Assembly (NCBI GenBank): GCA_963767925.1
Contig: CAVYGB010000006.1
Coordinates: forward strand, 96,001-160,000
Reading direction: 5' to 3'
Source of the DNA: an uncultured delta proteobacterium
GTDB taxonomy: Bacteria > Myxococcota_A > Polyangia > Fen-1088
DNA: 64,000 nucleotides
Each line of letters opens with the position of its first letter. The stretch's first letter is position 1. Both the position numbers and the translations under genes were made by a program. The notes beneath the pieces are model-generated. The model ran no database searches, was not told the DNA's origin, and saw nothing but the letters and a program-made list of their open reading frames with translations. This document shows, piece after piece, positions 9,415 to 21,500 of the stretch.

Positions 9415-11172
9415 TCAGTTCCTGCGCAGGAGAAAGCCCGGGGCCTGCACCACCGCGAGCATGAGCGCGTCGAGGCGGTGTCCGGAGTCGGCGAAGGCCC
9501 GCGCCACGACCCGCGCCTCGCAGGCGCTGACCTCGTGGGCGGTCCGGCCGGTGGCGAAGGTGAGGTATTGCCGGGAGAAGCAGTCCTGGGTCTCGGGTCG
9601 ATCGGCCAGGCGATCGATCAGCTCGACGAAATTGGCGAAGTGCACCTCCGCCCCGCCCGGCAGGGTCACCTTGCCCGAGGGGTCGATGGGCTTGTTCTTG
9701 TCGGTGCGGCGAAAGCGCCCGATGGCGTCGTAGCTCTCGAGGGCGAAGCCGATGCTGTCGAACAGGGCGTGGCAGCGCGAGCAGAAGGGGTTCGTCGCGT
9801 GCACGCTGAACTTCTCCCGGGCGGTCATGTCCTCGGTGATCTTGGCCTCGTCGAACTTGAAGTCGTCGGGCGGCTCGGGCACCTCGCCGCACAGGAGCTG
9901 CTCGCGGACCAGGCTGCCGCGGGCCACCAGCTTGGGCGTGTCGGGCCCGGCGTGGGCGGCCAGGAAGGCGCCCTGGGTGAGGATGCCCCGCCGCTCGCCG
10001 GGGTCGAGGGCCTGGCGGCGGAAGCTGTGGTCCTTCGTGCCGGTGGCGATCGACTTCTCGACGCCGGTGATCCCGGCGGGGACCGCCGGCGCCGGCGGAT
10101 CCTCGGGATCCTCGTCCGTCGCCTCCCGCTCGGGCGCAGGGGGGGCGGGCTGGCCGAGGCCATAGATGGGGGCGGTGCGGTCGTTGACGTAGCCCAGCGG
10201 CGCGGTCAGCAGCGTGCGCAGGCGCCGGTCGCTGCCCGGCGCGAAGGCCACCGCCTCGACGAAGCGCCGGTTCTCCTCCATGAGGTCGGCGGCGACCGCG
10301 CTGCCGTACATGGGGAACACCTTGCGGTCCTTGCGGGTGCGGGTGAGGTCCTCGATCTTGAGCCACTGGCGGACGAAGGCGGCGAACACCGGGGAGGCCC
10401 GGCGGGCCGAGCGCAGCAGCCGCGCGGCCTGGACGCGCAGCACCGGCGGTTCGCCGAGGCGGCCCAGCGCCGCCAGGTGCAGCAGGGTCTCGTCGGGGGT
10501 GCTGTCCCAGAAGAGATAAGACAGGGCCGCGGCCAGCTCGAAGTCGGTGAGGCGCACCACCCCGTCGGGCCCGGGCTGACCGCCGAGCTCGCTACGGAAC
10601 AGGAAGTTTGGCGACAGGAGCAGCGCCTGGATCAGGCTGTGCAGCCCGTGGCCGGGATCGGTCGCCGCGGCCGCAGTACGGTATACGGCCGTCAGGCGGG
10701 TGGTCTCCGCCTCGGTCACCGGCCGACGCCAGACGCGCAGGCCGAAGCGGGTGATGAAGTCGCGCAGGCAGGACCCCCGGCCGAGGGCCCCGATCGGACA
10801 GGGCAGCAGGGTGGCGCTGCGCCGGACCGCCTCCGAGGCGATCTCCTCGCTGATGGTGTGGTAGCGGTCCATCAGCAGCGGGGGCACGCCGAGCTGATCG
10901 GAGGCGTTGGCGAAGCTCTCCAGCCGCGATTCGGCCGGCAGCGAGTCGACCGCCACCCCGGCGAAGCCGAACAGGTCCTGCAGCGTGTTGCGCAACTGGG
11001 CCTGGGTGAGCCGCCACAGCCGCCGCTCGGGCAGGTCGGCCGCCGCGCAGCCGGCCAGCGGGTCGGCCGCGGCGACGGCGTCGGCCTCGACCGGACCCGG
11101 CATCCGGGCCACCGGCCGCACGCAGGCCAGAGCCGACAGCGCGGTACACACGAAGAGGGGGGTGCTTCTCAT
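9415..11172 (-). CDS. DUF1592/1588/1595/1587/1585-type multi-domain lipoprotein (copy 1)
   Basis: RRLWRLTQAQLRNTLQDL, LLSPNFLFRSE, FELAAALSYLFWDSTPD, RRGILTQGAFL, CSRCH, FALESYDAIGRFR. Confidence 0.9.
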   Translation of the reverse strand: MRSTPLFVCTALSALACVRPVARMPGPVEADAVAAADPLAGCAAADLPERRLWRLTQAQLRNTLQDLFGFAGVAVDSLPAESRLESFANASDQLGVPPLLMDRYHTISEEIASEAVRRSATLLPCPIGALGRGSCLRDFITRFGLRVWRRPVTEAETTRLTAVYRTAAAATDPGHGLHSLIQALLLSPNFLFRSELGGQPGPDGVVRLTDFELAAALSYLFWDSTPDETLLHLAALGRLGEPPVLRVQAARLLRSARRASPVFAAFVRQWLKIEDLTRTRKDRKVFPMYGSAVAADLMEENRRFVEAVAFAPGSDRRLRTLLTAPLGYVNDRTAPIYGLGQPAPPAPEREATDEDPEDPPAPAVPAGITGVEKSIATGTKDHSFRRQALDPGERRGILTQGAFLAAHAGPDTPKLVARGSLVREQLLCGEVPEPPDDFKFDEAKITEDMTAREKFSVHATNPFCSRCHALFDSIGFALESYDAIGRFRRTDKNKPIDPSGKVTLPGGAEVHFANFVELIDRLADRPETQDCFSRQYLTFATGRTAHEVSACEARVVARAFADSGHRLDALMLAVVQAPGFLLRRN

Positions 11173-11380
11173 CTTGCCTGATGCGGCGCCGATCGGTCAC
11201 GACGGTGTCGGACAGCCACTTTAACAACTGCTACACCGACGGAGCCAGAACCATTGGAGAGGGCTGTCTGTCCGACCGCCCTCCCGGGCCCGCCCGGGAT
11301 CTGGAAACCGCGCTTCCGTCGCGAAGCCACCGCGTCAGCGGGTTATCCCGGCAGGCCTGTAGGACCCGGCTGTACGCACC

Positions 11381-12273
11381 TTACCGGGCGCGGCCGCGGG
11401 GGGTGCGGCGGGCGGCGATGCGTTCGTCGGCGCCGGTCCAGCCGGCGTCGATGGGGAGGCCGGGCGCGTCGAGGTCGAGCAGCAGGGGCGCATGGTCCGA
11501 GGGGATGGGCGTGCCCTTGCGCGCCTCGCGATCGATCTCCGTCCAGACGGTGCGGGCGGCGACCGGCCCGGTGACCAGCAGGTGATCGATGCGCATGCCA
11601 AAGTTCTTGTGGAAGTGCCCCGCCCGGTAGTCCCACCAGGTGTAGCGCTCCCCCTCCGGGTGGTGCTGGCGGTAGGCGTCCTGCAGGCCCCAGCCCAGCA
11701 GCCGGGCGAAGGCCTCCCGCTCGGGCGGCGAGACGTGGGTGCCGCCGTGGCAGGCCTTCGGGTCCCAGACGTCGGCGTCGGTGGGGGCGACGTTCAGGTC
11801 GCCGCCCAGGACCAGCGGCTCGTCGACCGCGCAGGCGGCCGCCAGCCAGGCCGAGAGGCGGTCGAACCAGACCAGCTTGGCCCGGTAAAACGGAGAGTCG
11901 ACAACCCGCCCGTTGGGGGCATACAGCGACACGACCCGCAGCCCGCCCGTGCGCACGGCGATCATGCGCGCCTCGGCCAGCGGCTCGTCGTCGCCGGTCT
12001 CCCGGGTGCGGGGCGGCTGGCGCGGCTCGCCGAAGTTGCTGACCACGTCGGCGATGGGCGTCCGGCTGGCCATCGCCACCCCGTTCCAGCGCCCCTCGCC
12101 GTGGTGGGCGACCTGGTAGCCGAGCTCGCGAAACCAGTCGTGTGGGCAGGTCGGCGTCAGCCAGCTTGGTCTCCTGCAGCAGCAGCACGTCGGGCTGGGC
12201 CCGCTCGCAGCCACCAGGCGGCCTTCTCCAGGCGGGCCTTCAGCGAGTTCACGTTCCAGGTGGCGATGCGCAT
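11381..12273 (-). pseudogene. xth: Exodeoxyribonuclease III with two apparent +1 frameshifts (or sequencing errors)
   Basis: MRIATWNVNSL, DVLLLQETK and SLYAPNG/GDLNVAP/YTWWDYR/RIDH/SDHAP lie in three different frames; extra bases near 12207-12208 and 12143. Confidence 0.8.
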
Positions 12274-12311
12274 GCCGGCACTTTACCGCGCGAGCGCGCG
12301 CGGAGAACGCT

Positions 12312-12941
12312 TCAGGACCGGGGCGCCGGCCGGGGACGGCCGAGCGTGTCGAACAGCAGGCCGGCGATCTCCCGGGTCAGCGCCCCCTGCTCCCGGGTCC
12401 CGTCGAGCAGGCGCAGGCAAGGCAGCTCGAGCCCGCGGAAGATCGCCCGGGCCCGGGCCAGCTCCTCCGCCTGCTCGAAGGTGTCGGCGACGTCGCCCCG
12501 CGTGCGGATCCGCTCCAGCCCGACCTCCACCGGCACGTCGAGCACGATCAGGAGGTCCGGGGCGGGGGCGAAGGCGTTCTTCGCCAGCAGCTCGCCGGGG
12601 TCGAGCCCCCGGGCCCCCTGGTAGGCCACCGTCGAGAAGTAATACCGGTCGACAAGCACGACCTTCCCCGCGGCGAGGGCGGGCAGCAGCTCCTGATCCA
12701 CGTGTTCGCGGCGGTCGAGCAGGAACGCCTCCAGCTCCTCCTCCCGCGACAGCCGGCCGCTGCGGGCCGACTCCCGGATCTTGCGTCCCCAGACCCCGCC
12801 GGTCGGCTCCTTCGTGGCGAGGTACGGGACCCCCGCCTCGCGCAGCAACGCCTCCAGGCTGCGCACCTGGGTGGTCTTCCCGGCGCCGTCGATCCCCTCC
12901 ATGGCGAGGAGCAGCCCCGGTCGTTCAGGCGGCGAAGACAT
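12312..12941 (-). CDS. tmk: Thymidylate kinase
   Basis: EGIDGAGKTTQ P-loop, KEPTG, DRYYFSTVAYQG. Confidence 0.95.
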   Translation of the reverse strand: MSSPPERPGLLLAMEGIDGAGKTTQVRSLEALLREAGVPYLATKEPTGGVWGRKIRESARSGRLSREEELEAFLLDRREHVDQELLPALAAGKVVLVDRYYFSTVAYQGARGLDPGELLAKNAFAPAPDLLIVLDVPVEVGLERIRTRGDVADTFEQAEELARARAIFRGLELPCLRLLDGTREQGALTREIAGLLFDTLGRPRPAPRS

Positions 12942-12969
12942 CGCCGCCCAATCTACTTGGTCCGTCCGC

Positions 12970-15258
12970 TCACATCACCTTGAACTTGCCGATGTCCTGG
13001 TTGAGGCGGTCGGACAGCTCGATCAGCTTGCCGATGATGGCCACCGTGCCCTCGGCGCCCTGCTGGGTGCGCGCCGCGATGCTCGAGATCTGCCCGATGG
13101 TGTCGACAACCACCCGGGTGCCGCTCACCTGCTGCTGGGCGACGGTGCTGATGTCGGCCACCAGGTCGGCCGACTCGGTGGACACCTCGCGGATCCGGGC
13201 GAGCGACTCGCCCGCCTGCCCGACCACCTGGGACTCCTGCTCCACCACATGGGTCTGCTGCTCGATGGCCTGGACGGTCTCGTTTGTCTCGACGTGGATG
13301 ACCTTGACCAGCTTGCCGATCTCCTGGGTGGCGCTGGCGGTGCGCTCGGCCAGCTTGCGCACCTCCTCGGCGACGACGCTGAAGCCGCGGCCGTGTTCGC
13401 CGGCCCGGGCCGCCTCGATGGCGGCGTTGAGGGCCAGCATGTTGGTCTGTTCGCTGATGCGGCTGATGGTCTCGACGATGCTGGTGATCTCCATGCTGCG
13501 GTCGCCGAGGTTCTTCATCTTCTTGGCCCCCGCCTGCACGTTCGAGCGCAGCGAGTCCATGCCGCTGATGACGTTCTGCACCGCCTCGGCGCCCTCGACC
13601 GCCGAGCTCTCGGTGCGCTTGGCCGCCTCGGCGGCGCGCACGGCGTTCTCGCTGACCCGGGCGATCTCGCTGCTCATGCGCTGGACGAGCTGGGTCACGG
13701 CGAGCACCTCGCGGGCCTGGCTGGCCGCCCCCTCCGCCATGTGGCTGGAGGCCGAGCTGATCTGGCCGACCGACTCGTTGGTCCGGTTGAGCTGCTGCTG
13801 GATGGCGCCGATCAGAGTCTGCAGGGACTCCAGCAAGGTGTTGAAAGCGTCGGCCACGTTGCCGAGGGCCCCGCTCGTGATGCGGGCCCGGACGGTGAGG
13901 TCCCCCTCCGAGGCGTCGGCCACCACCTTGAGGAGCTCCATGATGTTGTCTTGCAGCTCGGCGTTTTCGGTCTGCACCCGCTGCTGCAGGCTGCGGGCCT
14001 CGGTGAGGGCGTTGTTGATCTGGTTGTAGGCCGCAGCCACCTCGCCCATCTCGTCCTGGCTCTCGAGGCGGAAGCTCTCGCCGGTGCCGGCGATCATGCG
14101 GCGGGTGGCCGAACCCAGGTCGCGGATCGAGTTCTGCACCGACAGGTAAAAGCCCATGAAGAGGTAGATCAGCACCAGGGCGGTCACCACCGAGGTGAGG
14201 AGCCCCTGGGTGCGGTCGTTGTCGTAGCGGACCACGCGGGCGGCGGCCATGTTGTCCAGCTCGGGGATGACCCGCCGGTAAAACTCGAAGTTCTCCTTCA
14301 AGGTGGCCATCGTGTCGGCCACCAGGCGCCGGGCCGCGTCCGCGCTGTTGCCCACCCCCTGCAGGTACTGGCGCTTGAGCAGGTCGAGGTGGCTGCCCAC
14401 CTGGTTCTTGAGGGCCAGGAAGGGCCCCCCCAGCACCTGCTGCAGGCGATCGGTCTTGCTGCGCTCGCGGTCGTCCTTGTAGGAGGTGACGAGGTTGACG
14501 ACCTCGAGGTCGACGGTGGTGCTGTCGGTGGCCCTGGCCAGGCCGGCCAGGTCGATGATCTTGTCGGTGGCGGCGGCGGGGTTGTCGACCGGGGTGGGGA
14601 GCAGCGCCCGGCTGGCCGCCTTGCTGACGGTGTTGCCCAGGTTGGGCAGCTTGGCCAGCACCATGTCCATCAGCCAGTAGCTGTTGAGGTCGGGGTCGAG
14701 GATGAGGTTCGAGTAGTTGCCGGCGTAGTTGAGGATGACGTCCATGACCCCGTCGATGACCTCGCCGTGGGCCTTGTCGGCGGCGGCGGCGCTGGGGAAG
14801 GTCTCCCCCTTGACCCGGGCCCAGACCGCCTTGACCTCGCCCCAGCGCTTGCTGGTCTGCAGGGCCACGCCGTGGCGGGCGTCGGCGGCGTCGACCAGCG
14901 CCACCTGCTGATCGCCCTCGGCGGTGGCGCTCTCGATCTCCCGCATGTAGGGGACACCGGAGAACTGGGCCACCGCCAGCACGCGGCGCTTTTGCAGGGC
15001 GTACAGGAGGTCCTTGGCCGGGAGGATGTATTCGAGGCCGATCCGCTCCTTGGCGTTGAACTCGAGCTGGTCGGTCGAGCCCTTCCACTGCAGCCGCGAG
15101 ACGAAGGCGAAGGGCAGCAGGAGGATCACGCCCATGAGGACGAACTTGTAGCCGTAGCGCAGCCGGTTCATCAGGGCGATGGCCGGGCGGAACACGAGCT
15201 GCCAGGCGCCGCCCCGGGACCTGGACTCGCCCTTGTCGGACTCTGATTCGGGGTTCAT
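12970..15258 (-). CDS. Methyl-accepting chemotaxis protein, PilJ-like
   Basis: Two TMs, HAMP segments, [45 protein letters not shown]. Confidence 0.93.
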   Translation of the reverse strand: MNPESESDKGESRSRGGAWQLVFRPAIALMNRLRYGYKFVLMGVILLLPFAFVSRLQWKGSTDQLEFNAKERIGLEYILPAKDLLYALQKRRVLAVAQFSGVPYMREIESATAEGDQQVALVDAADARHGVALQTSKRWGEVKAVWARVKGETFPSAAAADKAHGEVIDGVMDVILNYAGNYSNLILDPDLNSYWLMDMVLAKLPNLGNTVSKAASRALLPTPVDNPAAATDKIIDLAGLARATDSTTVDLEVVNLVTSYKDDRERSKTDRLQQVLGGPFLALKNQVGSHLDLLKRQYLQGVGNSADAARRLVADTMATLKENFEFYRRVIPELDNMAAARVVRYDNDRTQGLLTSVVTALVLIYLFMGFYLSVQNSIRDLGSATRRMIAGTGESFRLESQDEMGEVAAAYNQINNALTEARSLQQRVQTENAELQDNIMELLKVVADASEGDLTVRARITSGALGNVADAFNTLLESLQTLIGAIQQQLNRTNESVGQISSASSHMAEGAASQAREVLAVTQLVQRMSSEIARVSENAVRAAEAAKRTESSAVEGAEAVQNVISGMDSLRSNVQAGAKKMKNLGDRSMEITSIVETISRISEQTNMLALNAAIEAARAGEHGRGFSVVAEEVRKLAERTASATQEIGKLVKVIHVETNETVQAIEQQTHVVEQESQVVGQAGESLARIREVSTESADLVADISTVAQQQVSGTRVVVDTIGQISSIAARTQQGAEGTVAIIGKLIELSDRLNQDIGKFKVM

Positions 15259-15275
15259 TGGTGTTTTCTCCTCGT

Positions 15276-16337
15276 CTATCTGCGTGTGTCGTCTTCGAGG
15301 GCGTTCCGCAGGCTGGTCTCGAGGGCCTCGTAGGAGCCCGGCCGTGCCTCGGGTTGCCGCTCCAGCAGGGACAGGATCAGCGCGCTCAGCCGGGACGGCA
15401 GCGCCGGCACCCGGCTGCGGGGCGGGGCCACCACCTCCTGGCGCTGCATCTGCAGCCAGCGGGCCGGGTCGCGCACCGGGAAGGGCAGGCTCCCGGTGGC
15501 CGCCTCGTAGAGGGTGGCTCCCAGCGCGTACATGTCCGAGCGGAAGTCGACCTTGCGCGCGTCGGCCGCCTGCTCGGGGGACATGTAGCCGTAGGTCCCC
15601 ACCACCAGCGCCTGGCTGGCCGGAGTCTCGTCGGGCAGCTCGTCGCCGGGGGCGCTGCCCAGGGCCAGGCCGAGGTCGACGATCTTCACCTCGCCCTGGT
15701 GGGGTAGCAGGATGTTGGCCGGCTTGATGTCCCGGTGGATGAGCCCCTGGCCCAGCCCCACCCGCAGGCCCGCCGCCACGCCCAGCCCCACTCGCACCAC
15801 CTCGGCCGCCGGCAAGGGGCCCGACAGGCGGATGATCTCGGCCAGCGACCGCCCGTCGATGTACTCCATGACGACGTAGGTGATGCGCTCGTTGTGGGTG
15901 ACGTCGTGGACCCGCACCACGTTGGGGTGGTTGATGCGCGCGGCGAAGCGCGCCTCCTGGCACAGCAGCGCGGCCAGGCCGGGCTGGCGGGCCAGGGCCC
16001 GGGGGCGGATCAGCTTGATGGCCACCGGGGTGCCGAGCAGCAGGTGGGTGGCCCGGTAGACAACCGCGAACCCGCCCCGCCCCAGCACGTGCTCGATGCA
16101 ATATTTGTCGATGATGGCCCCGCGCGGGAGCAGCTCCTCGTCGCTCGACCGCCGGCGGCGGCTGGCCCGGACGGGGGCGCTGTTCCGGGCGGCGTCGGCC
16201 GGCTCGGCGGCCTTGCGCCGCCGCTCCTCGGGTGGGCCCGGGCCCAGGAAGACCTCCGCGGGCAAGGCCGCCTCCAGCGGGGGCCGGGGCGCCTCCGCGG
16301 CGAAGGCGTCGGACAGCCGGGGATCGAGCTTGCGCAT
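15276..16337 (-). CDS. Cytoplasmic Hanks-type Ser/Thr protein kinase
   Basis: [45 protein letters not shown]; no TM. Confidence 0.93.
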   Translation of the reverse strand: MRKLDPRLSDAFAAEAPRPPLEAALPAEVFLGPGPPEERRRKAAEPADAARNSAPVRASRRRRSSDEELLPRGAIIDKYCIEHVLGRGGFAVVYRATHLLLGTPVAIKLIRPRALARQPGLAALLCQEARFAARINHPNVVRVHDVTHNERITYVVMEYIDGRSLAEIIRLSGPLPAAEVVRVGLGVAAGLRVGLGQGLIHRDIKPANILLPHQGEVKIVDLGLALGSAPGDELPDETPASQALVVGTYGYMSPEQAADARKVDFRSDMYALGATLYEAATGSLPFPVRDPARWLQMQRQEVVAPPRSRVPALPSRLSALILSLLERQPEARPGSYEALETSLRNALEDDTRR

Positions 16338-17884
16338 CAGCGCCCCTCCTCGGCGCCACCGGGCGGCAGGCCCGCGCTGAGGCGGATCCCCTCGGCCAGC
16401 AGGACCCGCAGGTCGTTGGGCGGGTCGCCCAGCACGCCGGGCAGGCAACGCAGGGTCACCGCGTTGCCGCCGGCGCCGCTCTGCTCGGCCCGCACCATGG
16501 CGGGCAGGTTGGGCGAGCCCTTCTCGCCCCAGCCCGCCCCCGTCACCGCGCCCCGCTTGAGCATCCCCATGTCCACCACCGCCCGCAGGGCCGCCTCGAG
16601 GGCCTGGTTGCCCACCCCCAGCAGCGCGACGGGCCGCAGGTAGGCCAGGATCTCCGAGAGCTGGAAGCGCGACTTGGTCCCCAGGCTCAGCCCGTCGCCG
16701 TCGGGCGGGGCCACCACGACCAGGCTGGGCGACCGCCGCAGGCAGGGCAGGAACAGCGCCGGCTCGCGCGCGTCGAGCAGCAACACGTCGATCAGCCGCT
16801 CGCGCCGCAGGAAGAAGGAGAGCCCCATCGCCTTCACCTCCGGCGCCAGGCTGCCGAGGACCCAGCGCTCGGAGGGGGCGCCGGCCAGCCCCAGCATGCT
16901 GGAGACGCCCTTGGCCAGGTCGGCCACCAGCAGGACGTGGAAGCGGTCGCGGGCGGGGGCCTGCTCGGTCCAGGCGGCCAGCTCGTCGCGCGAGAAGATC
17001 TGCAGATCGCCGAGGGTGAAGCTGCCCCGCAGGCCCTCCTCGAGCTGGGCGGCGGCGGTGGCGTCGGGGAGGTAGGCCGAGCTGGCGGCGGGCTCGCCCT
17101 TGCCCGGGCCGGCGCCCGGCGCGACGACGTCGTTGCCGGGCAGGAAGTCCCAGCCGCTGGCCCGCCGGATGTCGATGATGCGGGCGCTCTCCATCATGAG
17201 CGACTGCACCGACTCCCAGATGGTGCGCTCGGCCTCCCCGATCGGGCAGGGGCCCGGGGAGAACTCGAAGTGCCCCTCCTCCTGGGCCAGCAGCCAGACG
17301 AAGGCGGGCGGCCCCACCATGCTGCCGAACACCGTGTGCACGATGCGGCCCCGGTCGAAGTACACCGTCCCCAGGCGGTCCTTGGTCACCACCGCCACCG
17401 TGCCGCTGCGCCGGCCCAGCTCGAGGATCGAGACCAGGTCGGCGAAGGACAGGGCGGAGAACTCCCCGGCCAGCGAATAGGCCCGGGTGCGCAGCCCCGC
17501 CAGGGCCCGCCGCTGCCGGGTGAGCAGCGACCGCACCCGCGCCACCAGCTCGGCCCCCTCGCAGGGCTTGACCAGGTAGTCGTCGACCCCCGCGGTGAGG
17601 GCGACGACCTTGGTGGTGACGCGGGCGTCGGCGGTGAAGAAGACGAAGGGGACGCTGCGCAGGCGCATGCCCTGGGTGAGCCGGCGGAAGAACTGCAGCC
17701 CGTTCATGTCGGCGAAGTCGGTCTCGGAGATGATGAGGTGGATGGGGGTGCTGCTGAGGATCTCCATGGCCGCCGCGCCGTCGACCGCCCCCTCCACCTC
17801 CAGGTCGGGCTCCCGGCTCAGCGCCATCTCGACGAACCGGCGCGAGACCGCGTCGGCGTCGATCAGCAGCACGGTGTGGACCAT
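16337..17884 (-). CDS. Pseudo-receiver + DUF4388/PatA-N-like domain protein
   Basis: [59 protein letters not shown]. Confidence 0.82.
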   Translation of the reverse strand: MVHTVLLIDADAVSRRFVEMALSREPDLEVEGAVDGAAAMEILSSTPIHLIISETDFADMNGLQFFRRLTQGMRLRSVPFVFFTADARVTTKVVALTAGVDDYLVKPCEGAELVARVRSLLTRQRRALAGLRTRAYSLAGEFSALSFADLVSILELGRRSGTVAVVTKDRLGTVYFDRGRIVHTVFGSMVGPPAFVWLLAQEEGHFEFSPGPCPIGEAERTIWESVQSLMMESARIIDIRRASGWDFLPGNDVVAPGAGPGKGEPAASSAYLPDATAAAQLEEGLRGSFTLGDLQIFSRDELAAWTEQAPARDRFHVLLVADLAKGVSSMLGLAGAPSERWVLGSLAPEVKAMGLSFFLRRERLIDVLLLDAREPALFLPCLRRSPSLVVVAPPDGDGLSLGTKSRFQLSEILAYLRPVALLGVGNQALEAALRAVVDMGMLKRGAVTGAGWGEKGSPNLPAMVRAEQSGAGGNAVTLRCLPGVLGDPPNDLRVLLAEGIRLSAGLPPGGAEEGR

Positions 17885-17970
17885 GCGGCGCGCGCGGCGG
17901 GGGGGCGCCGCCGGCGCGGGGAGGCCCGGATCGGGGGGCGCGCTGCTGCTCTCCCGGCTGGCCACGCCGA

Positions 17971-18537
17971 TCACGACCCCAGGCCTTTGCCGAGCGCCGC
18001 CCGGGCGGCTGCCACCGCCGCCCGCGAGCCCGCCAGCTCGGCCGCGCTCCAGAGCCCCTGCGGATCGAGGCACAGCCCCATCGTGGGGGCCACCGGCTTG
18101 CCCCGAAGCTCCCGGGTGGAGAAGGCCCCCACGATCCCGGGGCCCCGCTCGCGAAACAGGGCCGGCGGCAGGGGGGCCGCGGCCGGGGTGGGCTGCACGA
18201 TCAGGCAGGGGCCCGTACGCAGGGCGATCGGCACCAGCTCGGCGCCCGTCCCCACCGAAAGCAACACCCAGGCGGTCGAGACCGGCGGCATGCCGAGCAA
18301 GGTGCCGAGGTTCCAGGCGGCGTAGGGCTCCTCGTCGGCGTAGACCACTTGAGGCAGGGCCACCTCACGCGGACGGCGTCCGGGCGGAGGCTGCAGCGAC
18401 ACCGCCTCGCGCAGCAGCAGGCGCTGGACCCACCGCACGGGCAGCGTGCAGACGAGGCCATGGCAGGACAGCACCACCACCAGCTCGGTGGTGGTGCGGG
18501 GCGCCTCGACGGCGCTGGGGGCGGCGCCCGCGGTCAC
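17971..18537 (-). CDS. Divergent CheW-like protein
   Basis: GTG overlaps the cheA stop; CTLPVRWVQRL, AWNLGTLLG and LCLDPQGL resemble CheW strands. Confidence 0.55.
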   Translation of the reverse strand: MTAGAAPSAVEAPRTTTELVVVLSCHGLVCTLPVRWVQRLLLREAVSLQPPPGRRPREVALPQVVYADEEPYAAWNLGTLLGMPPVSTAWVLLSVGTGAELVPIALRTGPCLIVQPTPAAAPLPPALFRERGPGIVGAFSTRELRGKPVAPTMGLCLDPQGLWSAAELAGSRAAVAAARAALGKGLGS

Positions 18538-21500
18538 GACGCGCCGGTCTCCTCGGGTCGGCTGGCCGGCGCCCGGCGCTTGCCCCAGCGCTCGAGGGCA
18601 GCCTGGAGCATGGCCACCGAAAACGGCTTCGTCAGATAGTCGGTGGCGCCGAGGGCTTTGGCCTGCTGCTGGTGCTTCTGGCCCGAGCGGCTGGTCACCA
18701 CGATGACCGGGAGGTCCTTGTAGTCGGGCAAGAAGCGCAGCTCGGAGATCAGCTCGAAGCCGTGCATGCGCGGCATCTCGAGGTCGGTGAACACCAGGTC
18801 GAAGGGCTCGCTCCGCAGCTTGTTCAGGCCGTCGATCCCGTCGACGGCGAGGGTGACCTCCACCCCCAGGCTCTCGAGGGTCATCTCGGCGAACTTGCGC
18901 ACCGACAGCGAGTCGTCGATGAACAGCACCCGCAGGGCGCGCTCGGCGACCGGCGCCGGGGCCGCCGGCGCCCGCGGGGGCTGGGTGACGGTGGGGGCGG
19001 ACCGGGCGGGGCGGGCGGCGTATTCCCCCGGACCGGGCGCCTTCGCCGGGCGAACGCCCTGGCCCTGGGCCCCGCGCTGGGCGTTCTGCATCAGCCCGGC
19101 CACGTCGAGGATGAGCACCAGCTCGCCCGAGCCCCGGATTGTCACCCCCGCGAAGAGCGGGTGCCCCACCAGGAAGGGGCCCAGGCTCTTGACCACCACC
19201 TCCTCCTGACCGCTGACTTCGTCGACCTCGAGGGCCAGGCGGTGATCGCCCACCCGCAGCAGGATCACGGCCCGCCCGGGGGTGCGCCGGGTCTCGCCCA
19301 CCGCCAGGCCGAAGTGCCGGTCGAAGGAAGATACCGGCAACAGGTTGCCGTCGACCTTGACCCGCCGGACACCGGCCGACTCGACGAAGGTGCTCTCCGA
19401 GACCTCCACCATGCGCTCGGCGAAGTGCAGGGGGATGGCGTAGGCGTGCCCGCGCGCCCGCACCAGCAGGGCCTTGGTGATGGCCAGGCTGACCGGCAAG
19501 GTGATCAGGAAGGCGGCGCCCCGCCCCGGCTCGCTCTCGACCCGGATGCTGCCGCCCAGGCGCTCGACCGCCCGCCGGACCACGTCGCAGCCCACGCCCC
19601 GGCCGGACACCGCGCCGGCCCGGGTCCGGGTCGTCAACCCGGGATGGAACACCAGCTCGCGCACCGCCGGATCCTGCAGGGGCAGGTCGGGCGCGATGAG
19701 CCCCAGGGCCACGCCGCGGGCGTGCAGGGCGGCGAGGTCCAGCCCGGCGCCGTCGTCGCGCACCTCGATGCCGATCTGGCCGGCGTGCTGGCGGGCGATG
19801 AGGGTGATGGTCCCGGCCCGCGCCTTCTTGCGGGCCTCGCGCTCGCCGATGCGCTCGACGCCGTGGACCACGGCGTTGCGCACGAGGTGCAACATCGGCT
19901 GGAACAGGGCATCGGCGATGGTCTTGTCGAGCGCCACGTCGACCCCCTCGGCGGCCACCCGCACCTCCTTGCCCTCGCGGGTAGCGGCGTCGCGCACCGG
20001 CAGCTTGAGGCGGGTGAACAGCACCTCCAGGGTCACCATGCGGGCCCGGGTCACCTCGCTCTGGATGCCGGAGATCAGCTTGTCGAACGAGTCGGAGTCG
20101 TCGGTGAGCGAGGCCAGGCCCCGCGCGAGCTGGCCGTTCATCTCGGCGAAGTCGCTCGTGATCTCGGTGAGGGTGCGCGACAGGACGTGGATGTCCTCGT
20201 AGCGGTCGAGCTCGAGCTCGCCGAAGCTGGTCCAGGCCGGGCCGACCGGCTTGCCGTTGCCCTTGCCCTTGCCGGTTGCGGCGGCGGCGACAGCGGCGGC
20301 GGACCTGCGCGGGGCCACCACCTGGCGGCGGCGCACCTTGCGGCCGTCGAGGTTGGAAAACTCGTTCTCCTCGCGGAAGGCCTCCACGCTGTCGAGCAGC
20401 CGGCGGCTGCCCCAGCCAAGCTCGTGCTGGATCTGGCGGAGGGAGGCGGCCCGGGCCAGCAGGCGCGAGCGGCTGACAACCAGCTCGCCCGCCAGGTTCA
20501 TGAGGGTGTCGAGCCGCTCGGTGGCGACGCGGATGAACTTGCGGTCGATCTGATCGTCGCGGTCGCTGCCCGCGCTCCGCCCGGGGGGAGCCGACGCCAG
20601 GCCGCGGACGCTGCGGCGGCTGCGGGCCTCCTCGAGGCTGACCACGCTGCCCCCCTCCTCCAGTCCGGCCGGCGGCCGTCCGCCCTGCAGCCGGGCCAGG
20701 CGGGCCTCGAAGCGAGGCAGCAGCACCTCGACGGCGCCCTGGTGGGCCTGGCCGATGTTGCGCCGGACGCCGTCGCGGACGTCGAGCACCAGGGTGGCCA
20801 CCTTGCGCATGGGCGGCAAGATGGGCGACTCCTGCAGCTTCTCGAGGAAGTCCTCCAGGGCGTGCACGAGCTTGCCGGTGGGCTGGAGGCCGATTGTGTT
20901 GACCACCCCCTTGAGGGTGTGAAAGTGGCGCATGAGCGCCTGCAGGCTGGTTGTTGGCTGGGCGCTGTCCTCGAGGGCCAGGGCCTCGCGCTCGATCCCC
21001 TCCAGCAGCTCGTTGCACTCGAGCTGCATCGCCTCCCACAGCTCGCCCTGGGTCTCGACCTGCACCACCTCGCGCTCGAGGTCGGCGGGCACCACCGGCG
21101 CCGACAGCGACGCCGAGGGGGAGGCCAGGGAGGCCAGGGAGGCCCGCTCCGCGGCGACGCCGGAGCGGGTGAGGAAGGCCCCCAGGGCGGCGAGCGCCTC
21201 CCGGGTCCCCCGGGCGAGCTCGGCGGGCGGGGCGGGCGGTCCTTCGACCGCCTCCAGCAGCTGCTGGGCCCGCTCGGCTGCCCCGGCCACCTCCCGCTCG
21301 CCCACGATGAGGGCCGATCCCTTGAGGCGGTGGAACAGGCGGGCCAGGTCGACCTGCGCCCCCTCCGCGCTGGCGGCGGCCGGCGCGGTGAGGGCGGGCA
21401 GCAACGCCTCGGCCTCGCCCAGCATGGCCCGACACTCCTCGACGAACAGAGGCCGGGCCGCCGACAGGGCGGAGGGCACCTCGGAGGGGCGCGGGGCGAT

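Noticed and set aside
12140..12210. Programmed frameshifting in xth
   Set aside because: No slippery sequence, and two separate shifts would be needed.
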